NCBI GenBank assembly: GCA_045576815.1
Contig: JAZNHD010000038.1
Location: 151 to 64,150 of the forward strand
Direction: 5' to 3'
DNA: 64,000 nt
DNA from: Eubacteriales bacterium
GTDB taxonomy: Bacteria; Bacillota; Clostridia; Oscillospirales; CAG-272
Position 1 is the first letter of the stretch. The number at the start of each line of letters is the position of its first letter. The notes under the pieces were generated by a model. The model saw only the letters and a list, made by a program, of their open reading frames with translations. It searched no databases and was not told the origin of the DNA. Positions 8,836 to 18,790 of this stretch are shown piece after piece. Position numbers and translations under genes: made by a program.

Positions 8836-9951
8836 ATGAAGGATAGCTTATATGGAGAGCTTAGCGTAATCGGAATGCGCGGTTGCGAGGATTTCGCAGA
8901 TCAGGTTGACAATTATCTTCAGGAATGGCGTCGTCACGACAGCGAGGGCACGTATCTTGTTGACACCTCTTGCCCGAGATTCGGCAGCGGTGAGGCAAAG
9001 GGTACTATCCATCACTCGCTTCGCGGTAATGACGTCTATATTATTTGTGACGTTTTCAATCACGGCGTTACCTACAATATGTACGGTAAAACCGTTCCGA
9101 TGAGCCCTGACGATCACTTTCAGGATCTTAAGCGCATTATCGGTGCAATAGGCGGTAAGGCGCGTAGAATAAGCGTTGTAATGCCTATGCTTTACGAGGG
9201 CAGACAGCACAAGAGGTCGGGCAGAGAATCGCTTGACTGCGCTCTTGCGCTTCAGGAGCTCACCAATATTGGCATTACCAACATCATCACCTTTGACGCT
9301 CATGACCCGAGAGTACAGAACGCTGTACCCCTCAGTGGCTTTGAGGACGTAAGATCAACCTATCAGATGATAAAGGCTATGCTTAAAAGGTATCCGGACA
9401 TTGAGATTGATCCCGATAAAACTATGATTATTTCTCCCGACGAGGGCGGAATGGGTAAGTGTATGTATTATTCCTCGGTTATGGGTATCGACCTCGGTAT
9501 GTTCTATAAGCGCCGCGATTATTCAATAATCGTTAACGGAAAGAACCCCATTGTTGCTCACGAATAACTCGGACGAGACGTCAAGGTTACGGACGTAATC
9601 ATCGTCGAGGATATGATTTCCTCCGGCGATTCCGTTATCGACGTCGCAAGACAGCTTAAGGAAAAGGGTGCTAAGAGAATATTCGTATTTGCAACCTTCG
9701 GTCTTTTCTGCAACGGCCTCGAGCATATGGACAAGGCATACGAGGAGGGGGTATTTAACCAGATTTTCACAACCAATTTGGTTTACAGAACGCCCGAGCT
9801 TCTCGCAAGAGAGTGGTATTCTGAGGTTAATATGTGCAAGTACGTTGCTTATATAATCGACACCCTCAACCACGACAGGACGATAAGCCATCTTCTCGAC
9901 CAGTCGAAGAAGATACATAACATTCTCGACAAATACAAGGCAAAGAAGTAA
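8836..9951 (+). pseudogene. prs: Ribose-phosphate pyrophosphokinase (long form) interrupted by a single in-frame TAA at 9565-9567
   Basis: ORFs 8836-9567 and 9613-9951 share a frame (offset 777 nt). Read-through gives ...NPIVAHE*LGRDVKVTDVIIVEDMISSGDS..., so the stop sits just before the PRPP-binding loop. The N-terminal part has 'VVMPMLYEGRQHKR' and 'FDAHDP'. Confidence 0.8.
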
Positions 9952-10016
9952 TATACAGAGTTTGCGGAGTGTTGCCACGGTGACACTCCACAAATTTTAA
10001 ATGAGGAGGCGCCAAA

Positions 10017-10436
10017 ATGAGAATAACGTCGGAGTCTGACTATGCACTCAGAATATTAACTGCAATGGCGCTTCACGATAAGCTCGCCGATGCCAAAACC
10101 ATTTCGGAGGAAACCTCGGTAACACAGCGCTTTACTCTTAAAATACTGCATAAGCTCGTCATAGGCAACATCGTAAAGTCTCATAAGGGCGCGCGAGGCG
10201 GATATAGACTGAATTTATCGCCCGAGAAAATAACCTTGAAAATGGTTATAGAGCTTATAGACGGTCCTATTGCTATTGCAAAGTGCGTTGACAGCACGGA
10301 ATGCTGTACACTGAATCACGATAAAACAGCCTGCGTGTACCACCATATATTTGACACAATCAGTACAGACCTCGCAAGACGTCTTGAGAAAATCACTATA
10401 GCAGACGTCATAAACAAAAATTATTCATTGAATTAG
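10017..10436 (+). CDS. Rrf2 family transcriptional regulator
   Basis: 'SESDYALRIL', 'SHKGARGGYRL' and a C-terminal Cys cluster (CVDSTECC...C) typical of Fe-S-sensing Rrf2 proteins. Confidence 0.85.
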   Translation: MRITSESDYALRILTAMALHDKLADAKTISEETSVTQRFTLKILHKLVIGNIVKSHKGARGGYRLNLSPEKITLKMVIELIDGPIAIAKCVDSTECCTLNHDKTACVYHHIFDTISTDLARRLEKITIADVINKNYSLN

Positions 10437-10444
10437 GAATTATT

Positions 10445-11287
10445 ATGCTTAAAATTTCCTCAATAGCCTTCCCGGGACTCGGGATTGGAGAGTTTAACGT
10501 TAACAGCGTAGCGTTTTCGATATTCGGACTTGATATAGCATGGTATGCTATTATTATTACACTCGGAATCGTTGCTTGCGTCTTGATAACCTGCCATCGC
10601 GCAAAAAAGATTGGCGTAGATTCAGAGCATATAATTGACATGTCGCTCTTTACCATCACCTCCGGTATTGTTGGTGCCCGTCTTTATTACGTTGCTGTGG
10701 AATTTGACCGTTTCGACAGCTTTTGGGACGTTATAAATATCCGCGGTGGCGGTATGGCAATTTACGGCGGCATTATCGGAGGAGCGCTTGCGGTGTATTT
10801 TGTATGTAAGTACAAAAAGCTAAATTTCCTTCTCCTCGGCGATATAATTTATCCGTCGGTCATGCTTGCGCAGGCTATCGGACGCTGGGGTAACTTTATG
10901 AACGCCGAAGCTCACGGTATAAAGACGGATTTGATGTGGGGAATGACTATTAACGGCACAGGTCCCTATCACCCTACGTTTTTATATGAGTCTCTCTGGA
11001 ACGTTATAGGCTTTGTCGTTTTGACCTTCGTGATTTACCGCTTTAAGCAGTATGACGGACAGATTTACTATCTCGGCGCAGCATATTACGGTCTTGGACG
11101 CTTTATGATAGAAGGGCTTCGTACCGACAGTATGTTTATCGGTGAGGTGAGAACAAACCAGTTTCTTGCCGCTGCCGCCTTTGTGATTTATACAGGACTT
11201 CTCATTTACAATGCTATAAAGAAAACCCGAACACACGGCTCTGCGTGGCTAAAGCAGCCAAAAGCCGGGAAGGAGAAAAGAAAATGA
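10445..11287 (+). CDS. lgt: Prolipoprotein diacylglyceryl transferase
   Basis: 'GARLYYV', '[14 protein letters not shown]' and '[13 protein letters not shown]' are Lgt signature blocks. Confidence 0.9.
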   Translation: MLKISSIAFPGLGIGEFNVNSVAFSIFGLDIAWYAIIITLGIVACVLITCHRAKKIGVDSEHIIDMSLFTITSGIVGARLYYVAVEFDRFDSFWDVINIRGGGMAIYGGIIGGALAVYFVCKYKKLNFLLLGDIIYPSVMLAQAIGRWGNFMNAEAHGIKTDLMWGMTINGTGPYHPTFLYESLWNVIGFVVLTFVIYRFKQYDGQIYYLGAAYYGLGRFMIEGLRTDSMFIGEVRTNQFLAAAAFVIYTGLLIYNAIKKTRTHGSAWLKQPKAGKEKRK

Positions 11288-12132
11288 CTATAATTGACGG
11301 TAAGCTTGTAAGCCGCAGCTTGCGCGAGTCTATAAAGCGCGAGGTAATGGATTTTAAGGCTGAATACGGCACGGTACCCGGACTTGCGGTAATCCTTGTT
11401 GGCAATAATCCCGCATCAGCGGTTTACGTAAGAAACAAGCACAAGGCCTGCCTTGAGGTAGGCATAGAGTCCTTTGAGATAACCATGCCCGAACAGACAG
11501 ATGAAGCGACGCTTCTTTCTAAAATTGACGAGCTTAATCGCAACCCACGCGTCAACGGCATTCTCGTCCAGCTTCCGCTTCCCGGGCATATATCCGAGGA
11601 AAAAATAATAAACGCCATTTCTTCTGAGAAGGACGTTGATGCCTTCCATCCCGAAAACGTAGGACGCATAATGATAGGAAATTACGATTTTCTTCCTTGC
11701 ACGCCTGCGGGGGTTATTGAGCTATTAAAGTATTACAACGTAGATATCGAGGGCAAGCGCTGCGTTATAATTGGAAGAAGCAATATAGTAGGCAAGCCCA
11801 TGGCGCACCTGCTTCTTGAGCGCAACGGCACCGTTACGGTATGTCACTCAAGAACGAAGGAGCTATCGGAAATTACTAAGACCGCTGACGTGCTCGTGGT
11901 TGCGATTGGCAGAGCAGAGTTCCTTAAGCGCGATATGGTAAAGCCGGGTGCGGTAGTCATTGACGTTGGAATAAACAGACTCCCCGACGGTAGACTTTGC
12001 GGCGACGTTAAGTTCGACGAGGTAAGCGAGGTTGCCTCCTTCATCACCCCAGTGCCAGGCGGAGTTGGACCTATGACTATTACCATGCTTCTCAAGAATA
12101 CGCTTACCGCTGCTCGCGCCTCTCGCAAATAG
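11284..12132 (+). CDS. folD: Bifunctional methylenetetrahydrofolate dehydrogenase/methenyl-THF cyclohydrolase
   Basis: 'MTIIDGK...', '[18 protein letters not shown]', '[11 protein letters not shown]', '[10 protein letters not shown]'. I place the start at ATG 11284, an ATGA overlap with the lgt stop, rather than the track start 11245. Confidence 0.9.
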   Translation: MTIIDGKLVSRSLRESIKREVMDFKAEYGTVPGLAVILVGNNPASAVYVRNKHKACLEVGIESFEITMPEQTDEATLLSKIDELNRNPRVNGILVQLPLPGHISEEKIINAISSEKDVDAFHPENVGRIMIGNYDFLPCTPAGVIELLKYYNVDIEGKRCVIIGRSNIVGKPMAHLLLERNGTVTVCHSRTKELSEITKTADVLVVAIGRAEFLKRDMVKPGAVVIDVGINRLPDGRLCGDVKFDEVSEVASFITPVPGGVGPMTITMLLKNTLTAARASRK

Positions 12133-12189
12133 TTTTGGCTATTTCCCGCAAATAATTTTCCATTTTTGTGAAAAAAATTAAAAAACCAC

Positions 12190-12218
12190 TTGACAAAGCA
12201 GAAAAGTTATCTTATAAT
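12190..12218 (+). promoter_or_regulatory. Sigma-A promoter of rpsU
   Basis: TTGACA (12190-12195), 17 nt, TATAAT (12213-12218). Confidence 0.75.
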
Positions 12219-12277
12219 AATTAGGTAAAAATAATGAGATTATATCTCTTTGCACAGCGAAGGGAGGGGAAATAAAG

Positions 12278-12454
12278 ATGGCTGAAATCAGAGTAAAAGA
12301 AAATGAGACTCTCGACAACGCGCTTCGTCGTTTCAAGAGACAGTGCGTTAAGTCCGGTATTCTTACCGAGCTTCGTAAGAGAGAGCACTACGAGAAGCCC
12401 AGCGTAAAGCGCAAGAAGAAGGCTGAGGCAGCAAGAAAAAGAAAGTATAAGTAA
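12278..12454 (+). CDS. rpsU: 30S ribosomal protein S21
   Basis: Below the ORF-track size cut-off. My translation is [58 protein letters not shown] (58 aa), with GGGAGGGG upstream. This is the classic S21 sequence. Confidence 0.9.
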   Translation: MAEIRVKENETLDNALRRFKRQCVKSGILTELRKREHYEKPSVKRKKKAEAARKRKYK

Positions 12455-12460
12455 TTTCTA

Positions 12461-12500
12461 AAGCGATTTCCAATTAGGAAATCTCTTTCTTTTTTCCTCT
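12461..12500 (+). terminator. Terminator after rpsU
   Basis: AAGCGATTTCC-aatta-GGAAATCTCTT (one mismatch) followed by a T-rich run. Confidence 0.55.
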
Positions 12501-12572
12501 TTTTTACGTGTTTTCTTTTTTTAATACCGTTAACAATAATATTATAAAATAAAATTTTGGTGATTTACAAAA

Positions 12573-13352
12573 ATGAAAGCTATTAAAAAGATTATTACTG
12601 CCATGCTGTGTATTCTTTGTCTGTTTTCTGTTATAGGAAGCTCGGCACTTGCCCACGGGAGTGAATGTTGGTATATAAAGCGAAACGGTAATCTGCAGCC
12701 TAAAATGCAAAAGGAAGCAGAGCTACTGAAAAACTATAATGCGTACTATATAGACGAAAAGCACGGCGATGATTGCGAGGAAAAGATATTATATCTTACC
12801 TTTGATACGGGATATGAAAACGGAAACGTAGAGAGGATACTTGATATCCTCCGTGATGAGTCGGTGCCCGCCGCCTTTTTTCTCCTTGACAACATTATAA
12901 TCAAGAATACCGATTTGGTGAAAAGGATGGCGAATGAGGGACATCTTATCTGCAACCACACAAAAAATCATAAGGATCTTACAAAATGCACATCTGAGCA
13001 AATTAGGCAAAACGTGACGGCACTAGATGAAATATACAAGTCAAAAACCGGACTCGAAATGTCAAAATATTTCCGTTTTCCTGAAGGAAAATACAGCGTT
13101 GACGCATTGAACTGCATCAGCGATATGGGATACAAAACGATATTTTGGAGCTTTGCTTATGCCGATTGGGACAACAAAAGCCAACCGAGCGAGAAGGCTG
13201 CAATTAAAAAAATACTCGACAATACGCACAATGGCGCGGTAATTCTTCTTCACCCAACCTCAAGCACAAACGCAAAAATTTTAAGGACTGTAATTAATAA
13301 CTGGCGCGATATGGGATATAAATTCGGAACGCTCGACGAGCTTACGAAATAA
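12573..13352 (+). CDS. Polysaccharide deacetylase family protein (PdaA-like delta-lactam de-N-acetylase)
   Basis: Signal peptide, then NodB motifs 'LTFDTGYENGN', 'ICNHTKNH' and 'ILLHP'. The PdaA-like call rests on size and the sporulation gene context. Confidence 0.75.
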   Translation: MKAIKKIITAMLCILCLFSVIGSSALAHGSECWYIKRNGNLQPKMQKEAELLKNYNAYYIDEKHGDDCEEKILYLTFDTGYENGNVERILDILRDESVPAAFFLLDNIIIKNTDLVKRMANEGHLICNHTKNHKDLTKCTSEQIRQNVTALDEIYKSKTGLEMSKYFRFPEGKYSVDALNCISDMGYKTIFWSFAYADWDNKSQPSEKAAIKKILDNTHNGAVILLHPTSSTNAKILRTVINNWRDMGYKFGTLDELTK

Positions 13353-13354
13353 AT

Positions 13355-13382
13355 AAAAACGGTTGCATTGGCAACCGTTTTT
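13355..13382. terminator. Bidirectional terminator (deacetylase gene + / membrane protein gene -)
   Basis: AAAAACGGTTGC-attg-GCAACCGTTTTT, a perfect 12-bp stem with A/T runs on both sides. Confidence 0.8.
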
Positions 13383-13385
13383 ATT

Positions 13386-14447
13386 TTATTCTATATTATT
13401 TCTTTTCTTGATTTCCAAAAGACGCTCTCTTTCTGTAACGTCATCGCGCATTATGACTTCATCATCCTCGTGGGAATTGCTAAATTCCTCAGGATGCTCC
13501 TCCATATAGGGAAGTATCATAATTTCTTTAATCTTGAAGTAGGAAGCGAAAACCTTCATATACGCCATAGATGCAAGCATTATAGCGAGTGGGAACGCAA
13601 TCGCTACCGGTAGAAGAAATCCGCCGGCAGAGAATAGGAATATAATTTCAAGGAACACTGCAACAAGCGTACCAAGGAGCGCCATCATATTTCTCTTAAG
13701 ACCGAGAAGAGTAAATATCAAGGAGTTCTTTATTATTTTGAAGACCGAAAGCTTAAATGTAACCATCTGCACGTATATATAGCAGCGCATAGAGAAGTAA
13801 AGCACCGCTAAAAGAACGTTGCTCCAGAACATCATTGACATAAGAAAGTCACTGGTATACGCGAGCGTGGTATATATATTATAAACGAGTACCACGTGTA
13901 TAAGAGCATCTATTATGCCAAAGGGAAGCGCCTGCTTCCAATTCCTTTTAACCGCATACCAAAAATCATTCCAGACAAATACAGGCTCACCCATTGCAAT
14001 ATTGCGAAGTATGTATGCCGTTCCTACGTTTACGATACCGAAAGTGAAGACGGTCAGTGCGGCAATAGCGTAGAAAACGTACGTTAGCGTCGTATCAACG
14101 AGTATCTGGTCCTGAAGACCGTACAGAGCATACAAGGACATCGTAAACGGTGTAGGAGCATTTGCCGATACAAGAGCACCAAGATTTTGAAACACGTCAC
14201 TCATAGGCAAATATCCCGCGGCTTTAGTATATCCTGAAAGTGTTATTATGAGAAAAAGGATAGGGAAATTACCTATAACGAAAAACATATTGGCGGAAAT
14301 CAGCTTGCCAAAGTTTTCCTTATATGTTATAAAGAAACGCTTAAGACCGGACTCGTTTATCGGCTCTTTTTTACTTATGCCTCGGCCCTCGCGCTGTAAA
14401 TCAAAGAGCCTGAAGCGTTTTTTCTGATTATCCTTCAACGGTAGCAC
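13386..14447 (-). CDS. Multi-pass membrane protein, YesL/DUF624-like
   Basis: 'FFVIGNFPILFLI' and 'NDFWYAVKRNWKQALPFGIIDAL' resemble DUF624. Six or more hydrophobic segments and an acidic C-tail. The start is uncertain: GTG 14447 has no spacer to its SD, and TTG 14438 is better spaced. Confidence 0.6.
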   Translation of the reverse strand: MLPLKDNQKKRFRLFDLQREGRGISKKEPINESGLKRFFITYKENFGKLISANMFFVIGNFPILFLIITLSGYTKAAGYLPMSDVFQNLGALVSANAPTPFTMSLYALYGLQDQILVDTTLTYVFYAIAALTVFTFGIVNVGTAYILRNIAMGEPVFVWNDFWYAVKRNWKQALPFGIIDALIHVVLVYNIYTTLAYTSDFLMSMMFWSNVLLAVLYFSMRCYIYVQMVTFKLSVFKIIKNSLIFTLLGLKRNMMALLGTLVAVFLEIIFLFSAGGFLLPVAIAFPLAIMLASMAYMKVFASYFKIKEIMILPYMEEHPEEFSNSHEDDEVIMRDDVTERERLLEIKKRNNIE

Positions 14448-14629
14448 TCCTTTCCGTTTTCGTTTACCTTAATATAATAACATACTTTATTTATAAAAAC
14501 AAGTTAAAATAAAAAAGTTCAGTAAAAATTAAAAATTTAATACATCCGAGTGCATCACGTGAGCATATATATCCAAAGCGATAAATATATTATAATAATA
14601 ACTAATGCCTCTGGCAGATTGGAGAATAT

Positions 14630-15814
14630 ATGAAAAAGCTAATATTGACATTGCTTTCTATAATGCTCATCATCTCAACTCAAACACCAATTTACGCAAA
14701 ATCATGGCAAAAATCCGGGGCAGAAGATGTAATAGTTACCGACGGACCCGAGACGGATTTAGCTCTTGACGTCAAGGGGGCATATCTGATTGAAGCAAAA
14801 ACCGGCAAGGTACTCTATAGAGAAAACGAATTTTTAGCCGCCTCACCCGCATCGGTAACGAAAATTATGACCTTATTGCTTGTGTGCGAGGCACTTGATG
14901 CAGGCAAATTCAGCCTAACCGATACCGTCACGATAAGCGAATACGCCGCGGGCATGGGAGGCAGTCAGGTTTTTCTTGAAGAGGGCGAGCGAATGAGCGT
15001 TGAGGAATTAATCAAGTGTACGGTAATTGCGAGTGCAAACGACGCAGCTGTTGCGCTGGCAGAGCTAACAGCAGGGAGTGAAGAGGCGTTTGTGCGCGCC
15101 ATGAACAGACGTGCCACAGAGTTAGGTCTTAAAGCAACCTCTTTTGAAAATACAACCGGACTTGACGATACAACCGTCAACCACTTTAGCTGCGCTGCTG
15201 ATATTGCTAAAATGTCGAAGGAGCTTATAAAGCACGAAATTATACTTAAATACAGCTCTATATGGCAGGATACAATTAGGGACGGTAGCTTTACACTTAC
15301 CAACACGAACAGACTTGTAAGATACTACGATGGCTGTAACGGCCTTAAAACCGGCTCAACAGATAAGGCTGGCTACTGCGTATCCACAACTGCAAAGCGC
15401 GGTAATATGCAGCTAATAGCCGTAATTATGGGTGCAAAAAGCCGTGACGCCAGAAATGCCGCCGCAAGAAAGCTGCTTGACTACGGTTTTGCAAACTATG
15501 CTCTTTATGAATCGGAGAAAAAATTTATAGAAAACGTTCCCGTGCTTTGCGGTACGAGCGATTTTGTACCAATAATTTCAGGTGAATATTCAACAGTAGT
15601 AGAAAAGGGAAGACTTTCCGGGATTGAAATGATTTATGAAATTCCCGAAAGCATAGCCGCGCCTATTAATGAGGGAGATGTCGTTGGTAAAATAATTTAC
15701 AAGCTCGACGAAGTCATAATCGGAGAATCGGACATTTTAGTCGGTGCGAGTGTCGAAAAAATAAGCTTTTTTGCAGTTTTCTGGCGTATACTGTCAAGAA
15801 TTGCCTGCGGATAA
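14630..15814 (+). CDS. D-alanyl-D-alanine carboxypeptidase (PBP5/DacB/DacF class serine peptidase S11)
   Basis: Signal peptide, then SxxK 'SVTK', SxN 'SAND' and KTG 'LKTGST' motifs, plus a C-terminal PBP5_C-like domain and membrane anchor. Confidence 0.85.
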   Translation: MKKLILTLLSIMLIISTQTPIYAKSWQKSGAEDVIVTDGPETDLALDVKGAYLIEAKTGKVLYRENEFLAASPASVTKIMTLLLVCEALDAGKFSLTDTVTISEYAAGMGGSQVFLEEGERMSVEELIKCTVIASANDAAVALAELTAGSEEAFVRAMNRRATELGLKATSFENTTGLDDTTVNHFSCAADIAKMSKELIKHEIILKYSSIWQDTIRDGSFTLTNTNRLVRYYDGCNGLKTGSTDKAGYCVSTTAKRGNMQLIAVIMGAKSRDARNAAARKLLDYGFANYALYESEKKFIENVPVLCGTSDFVPIISGEYSTVVEKGRLSGIEMIYEIPESIAAPINEGDVVGKIIYKLDEVIIGESDILVGASVEKISFFAVFWRILSRIACG

Positions 15815-15830
15815 TTTTTTTAGTTATCTA

Positions 15831-15859
15831 TTGAAATAATCGCTAATATATTGTATAAT
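15831..15859 (+). promoter_or_regulatory. Sigma-A promoter of pgi
   Basis: TTGAAA (15831-15836), 17 nt ending in TG, TATAAT (15854-15859). Confidence 0.65.
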
Positions 15860-15894
15860 ATAATTGAAATAAAATAAAAAGTGAGGAAAAGAAA

Positions 15895-17238
15895 ATGTCA
15901 CTTAAACTAGACAGTAAATTTCTGGACGGATTTGTCAGCTCGCACGAGATTTCGTACATGCAGCCCTTTGCTGACATTGCGTTTTCTCTACTAAAGGAGC
16001 ATAGCGGTCAAGGAAACGATTTTCACGGCTGGGTAGATCTTCCCGTAAACTATGATAAGGAAGAATTTGCGACAATCAAAATTGCGGCAGAAAAAATAAA
16101 GAAAAACTCGGACGTTCTGGTGGTTATAGGTATCGGCGGCTCTTATCTCGGAGCGCGCGCAGCTATTGAATTTGTAAAGAGCCCCGTTTACAACAATCTA
16201 AAAAAGGATACTCCCGACATATATTTTGCCGGCAACAATATCTCGACAACTGCTCTCACAGAGCTTCTATCCATTTGTGAGGGTAAGGATATTTCCGTAA
16301 ACGTTATATCCAAGTCGGGCACTACCACCGAGCCCGCAATTGCATTCAGAGTATTTAAGTCACTCCTTATCGAAAAATACGGTGAAGAGGGCGCGAGAGA
16401 AAGAATATTCGTTACCACCGATAAAGCAAGAGGAACTCTCAAGAAGTTCTCGGACGAGGCCGGTTATGAGACCTTCGTTGTACCGGACGACGTGGGCGGA
16501 CGTTACTCCGTGCTTACAGCAGTAGGACTTTTGCCTATCGCAGCGGCAGGAATTGACATTGATGCTATGATGTGCGGAGCAAAAGATGCGCGCGAGGCAT
16601 TTTCAACATCGGATATACAATCAAACGACGCGCTTAAGTACGCAACCGTAAGAAACATTCTTTACAGGAAGGGAAGAACCACCGAAATTCTCGTTGGATA
16701 CGAGCCTTACCTTCTTATGATGAACGAATGGTGGAAGCAGCTATACGGTGAAAGCTCGGGTAAAGACGGCAAGGGACTTTTCCCGGCATCCGTAATATTC
16801 TCAACCGATCTTCACTCCCTCGGTCAGTATATTCAAGAGGGCGTACGCAACCTTTTTGAAACCGTTATAAGCGTAAAGGATTCCGGTGCTAAATTTACGA
16901 TTCCCGAAGACCCGGCAAACGTTGACGGCTTAAATTTCATCGCCGGCTGCGAGCTCGATTACGTCAATAAGACCGCAATGCTCGCTACTCTTATGGCACA
17001 TAAAGACGGCGGTGTTCCCAATCTCGTTATAGAGCTTGACGACCGCACTGCATATTCATTCGGATATCTCGTATATTTCTTTGAATTTGCTTGCGCTATG
17101 TCGGGTTACATGCTTGGAGTAAATCCCTTTGATCAGCCCGGTGTTGAGGCGTATAAAAAGAATATGTTTGCGCTTCTCGGCAAGCCCGGATATGAGGATA
17201 TGAAAAAGCAGCTTGAAAAAAGGCTCGCTGATATGTAA
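15895..17238 (+). CDS. pgi: Glucose-6-phosphate isomerase (Firmicute ~450-aa type)
   Basis: '[13 protein letters not shown]', 'SKSGTTTEP' and '[14 protein letters not shown]' are PGI signatures. Confidence 0.9.
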   Translation: MSLKLDSKFLDGFVSSHEISYMQPFADIAFSLLKEHSGQGNDFHGWVDLPVNYDKEEFATIKIAAEKIKKNSDVLVVIGIGGSYLGARAAIEFVKSPVYNNLKKDTPDIYFAGNNISTTALTELLSICEGKDISVNVISKSGTTTEPAIAFRVFKSLLIEKYGEEGARERIFVTTDKARGTLKKFSDEAGYETFVVPDDVGGRYSVLTAVGLLPIAAAGIDIDAMMCGAKDAREAFSTSDIQSNDALKYATVRNILYRKGRTTEILVGYEPYLLMMNEWWKQLYGESSGKDGKGLFPASVIFSTDLHSLGQYIQEGVRNLFETVISVKDSGAKFTIPEDPANVDGLNFIAGCELDYVNKTAMLATLMAHKDGGVPNLVIELDDRTAYSFGYLVYFFEFACAMSGYMLGVNPFDQPGVEAYKKNMFALLGKPGYEDMKKQLEKRLADM

Positions 17239-17303
17239 TCTTCGCTCATATTTGTGAATATTTTACAAATTCTAATTTTCTTTAATAATTTATACTAAAG
17301 CTA

Positions 17304-17332
17304 TTGATTTTTAAGGGATTTTAGTGTAAAAT
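17304..17332 (+). promoter_or_regulatory. Putative sigma-A promoter (extended -10) of the mini P-loop gene
   Basis: TTGATT (17304-17309), 17 nt ending in TG, TAAAAT (17327-17332). Confidence 0.5.
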
Positions 17333-17374
17333 ATAAACAAGAGGTATTTATATCTCAAAAAGGAGGAAATCAAA

Positions 17375-17776
17375 ATGATTAAAACGTTCATTGGCAGCAA
17401 GGGCTCCGGAAAAACCAAGACGCTTATAGAGCTTGTTAACAATGCATCCGCAACCTCAAATGGTAGTGTAGTTTGCATTGAAAAGGGTGATAAGCTTATT
17501 CACGATATTACATATAAGGCAAGACTTATTGATACCGATTATTATGCAGTAAATGATGCTGGGGCACTCTTCGGCTTTATTGCAGGTATCCTCGCTTCCA
17601 ACTCCGATATCACCGATATTTTCGTTGACTCGGCTCTTAAGATTTGCGGTGATGACGTTGCAGCTTTCACCGCCATACTCGGCAAGCTTGATAAGATTAC
17701 AAAAGACATCAATCTCGTTATGACTGTATCAATTGCGGTTGACGAGTGTCCCGAGGCAATCAAAGCATATACCTAA
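17375..17776 (+). CDS. Hypothetical 133-aa minimal P-loop protein
   Basis: Strong SD (AAAGGAGGA). Walker-A-like 'GSKGSGKTKT' at residues 7-16 and a possible Walker-B-like 'ITDIFVDSA'. No family recognised. Confidence 0.55.
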   Translation: MIKTFIGSKGSGKTKTLIELVNNASATSNGSVVCIEKGDKLIHDITYKARLIDTDYYAVNDAGALFGFIAGILASNSDITDIFVDSALKICGDDVAAFTAILGKLDKITKDINLVMTVSIAVDECPEAIKAYT

Positions 17777-17788
17777 TTTAAAATCAAA

Positions 17789-17819
17789 GCGACTGCACAC
17801 GCAGTCGCCTTTTCTTTTA
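17789..17819 (+). terminator. Terminator after the mini P-loop gene
   Basis: GCGACTGC-acac-GCAGTCGC followed by CTTTTCTTTT. Confidence 0.75.
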
Positions 17820-17906
17820 TTCACCAAACGGCAGACTTAGCATAAAATATTAACAGGCATATAATCTTATGCCGGAATTAAAATTGCATAAGGAATGGTC
17901 ATAACA

Positions 17907-18746
17907 ATGCAAGAAAACAGAAATGCAACTCTTGGCGCTCGTGGCAATTCGCGAGGCACCGTTTGCATCGACACCAAAAGAGTTCTCGACTGCTGCCGTG
18001 ACAGAGATTGCTTTGAGGAAGCCAGAGTATATCTCACCCCCGCCGCTGAGGAAGTGTTAGCTGCGGCAACCAATGTAAGAACCCGTTCGGCAAAGCTCCT
18101 TTGGGCTTACGTTGGAGTTAACGAGGTACCGTTCAACTGCGGATTTTATCAGATAGTCGTTCGTTACTACATTAGCATTGAGTTCGAGGCATGCCTCGGA
18201 GTTGGCAGAAGCCAGTGCTTTAACGGAATTGCCGCGGTAGAAAAAGAAGTTGTTCTTTACGGCGGAGAAGGAAAGGCCACGACCTTCACCTCTGGTCCTG
18301 CTAACACCTACTGTAACATGGGTGACTTAACCACCGCAGGCACAAACGAGCCTATAGCGGTAGTAGAAACGGTAGAGCCCGTAATACTTGGCACAAAGGT
18401 TGTTGAGTGCGGTTGCCCCTGCCCCTGCGGAGAATATATTGATTTACCCGAAAACGTAAGATGCTGTGTTGACGGCGAGATAATTACGAACACCGACGGG
18501 CCGAGGATATACGTATCCATAGGTATCTTCTCGGTTGTGAGAATAGAGCGCCCCGCGCAGCTTCTTGTAGAGGCTACCGATTACAGCGTTCCCGATAAGG
18601 AATGTCCCTGTGTGACAAACGATAACCCTTGCGCTCTTTTCCAAAATATAGCTTTCCCCGTAGCACAGTTTAAAGGAACCGAATGCTGCACGGACGACAC
18701 AAGAAACACTTCTAAAGGCGGTTGCGGTTGCGGTAACAAAAACTAA
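17907..18746 (+). CDS. Cysteine-rich hypothetical protein (~279 aa); possible spore coat/exosporium-type structural protein
   Basis: About 22 Cys by my count, in clusters 'VCIDTKRVLDCCRDRDC', 'ECGCPCPCGEY', 'RCC', 'ECPC', 'ECC' and 'GGCGCGNKN'. No TM segment or signal peptide. The start could be ATG 17895 or 17907. The spore-coat function is inferred only from composition and neighbourhood. Confidence 0.6.
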   Translation: MQENRNATLGARGNSRGTVCIDTKRVLDCCRDRDCFEEARVYLTPAAEEVLAAATNVRTRSAKLLWAYVGVNEVPFNCGFYQIVVRYYISIEFEACLGVGRSQCFNGIAAVEKEVVLYGGEGKATTFTSGPANTYCNMGDLTTAGTNEPIAVVETVEPVILGTKVVECGCPCPCGEYIDLPENVRCCVDGEIITNTDGPRIYVSIGIFSVVRIERPAQLLVEATDYSVPDKECPCVTNDNPCALFQNIAFPVAQFKGTECCTDDTRNTSKGGCGCGNKN

Positions 18747-18754
18747 CAAGCAGA

Positions 18755-18790
18755 AAACTGCCCGAAATTAACGGGCAGTTTTTTTATTTT
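18755..18790. terminator. Bidirectional terminator (Cys-rich gene + / methyltransferase gene -)
   Basis: AAAACTGCCCG-aaattaa-CGGGCAGTTTT followed by TTTTATTTT. The hairpin overlaps the last codons of the minus-strand gene. Confidence 0.75.

Noticed and set aside
17830-17894. Possible sigE/sigK-type sporulation promoter (GCATAAA...CATATAAT) upstream of the Cys-rich gene, with a similar look upstream of spoIIID (19557-19618).
   Set aside because: The spacing and -10 sequences do not fit the consensus motifs well enough (about 17 nt between the CATA elements rather than the expected spacing). Sporulation control remains speculation.
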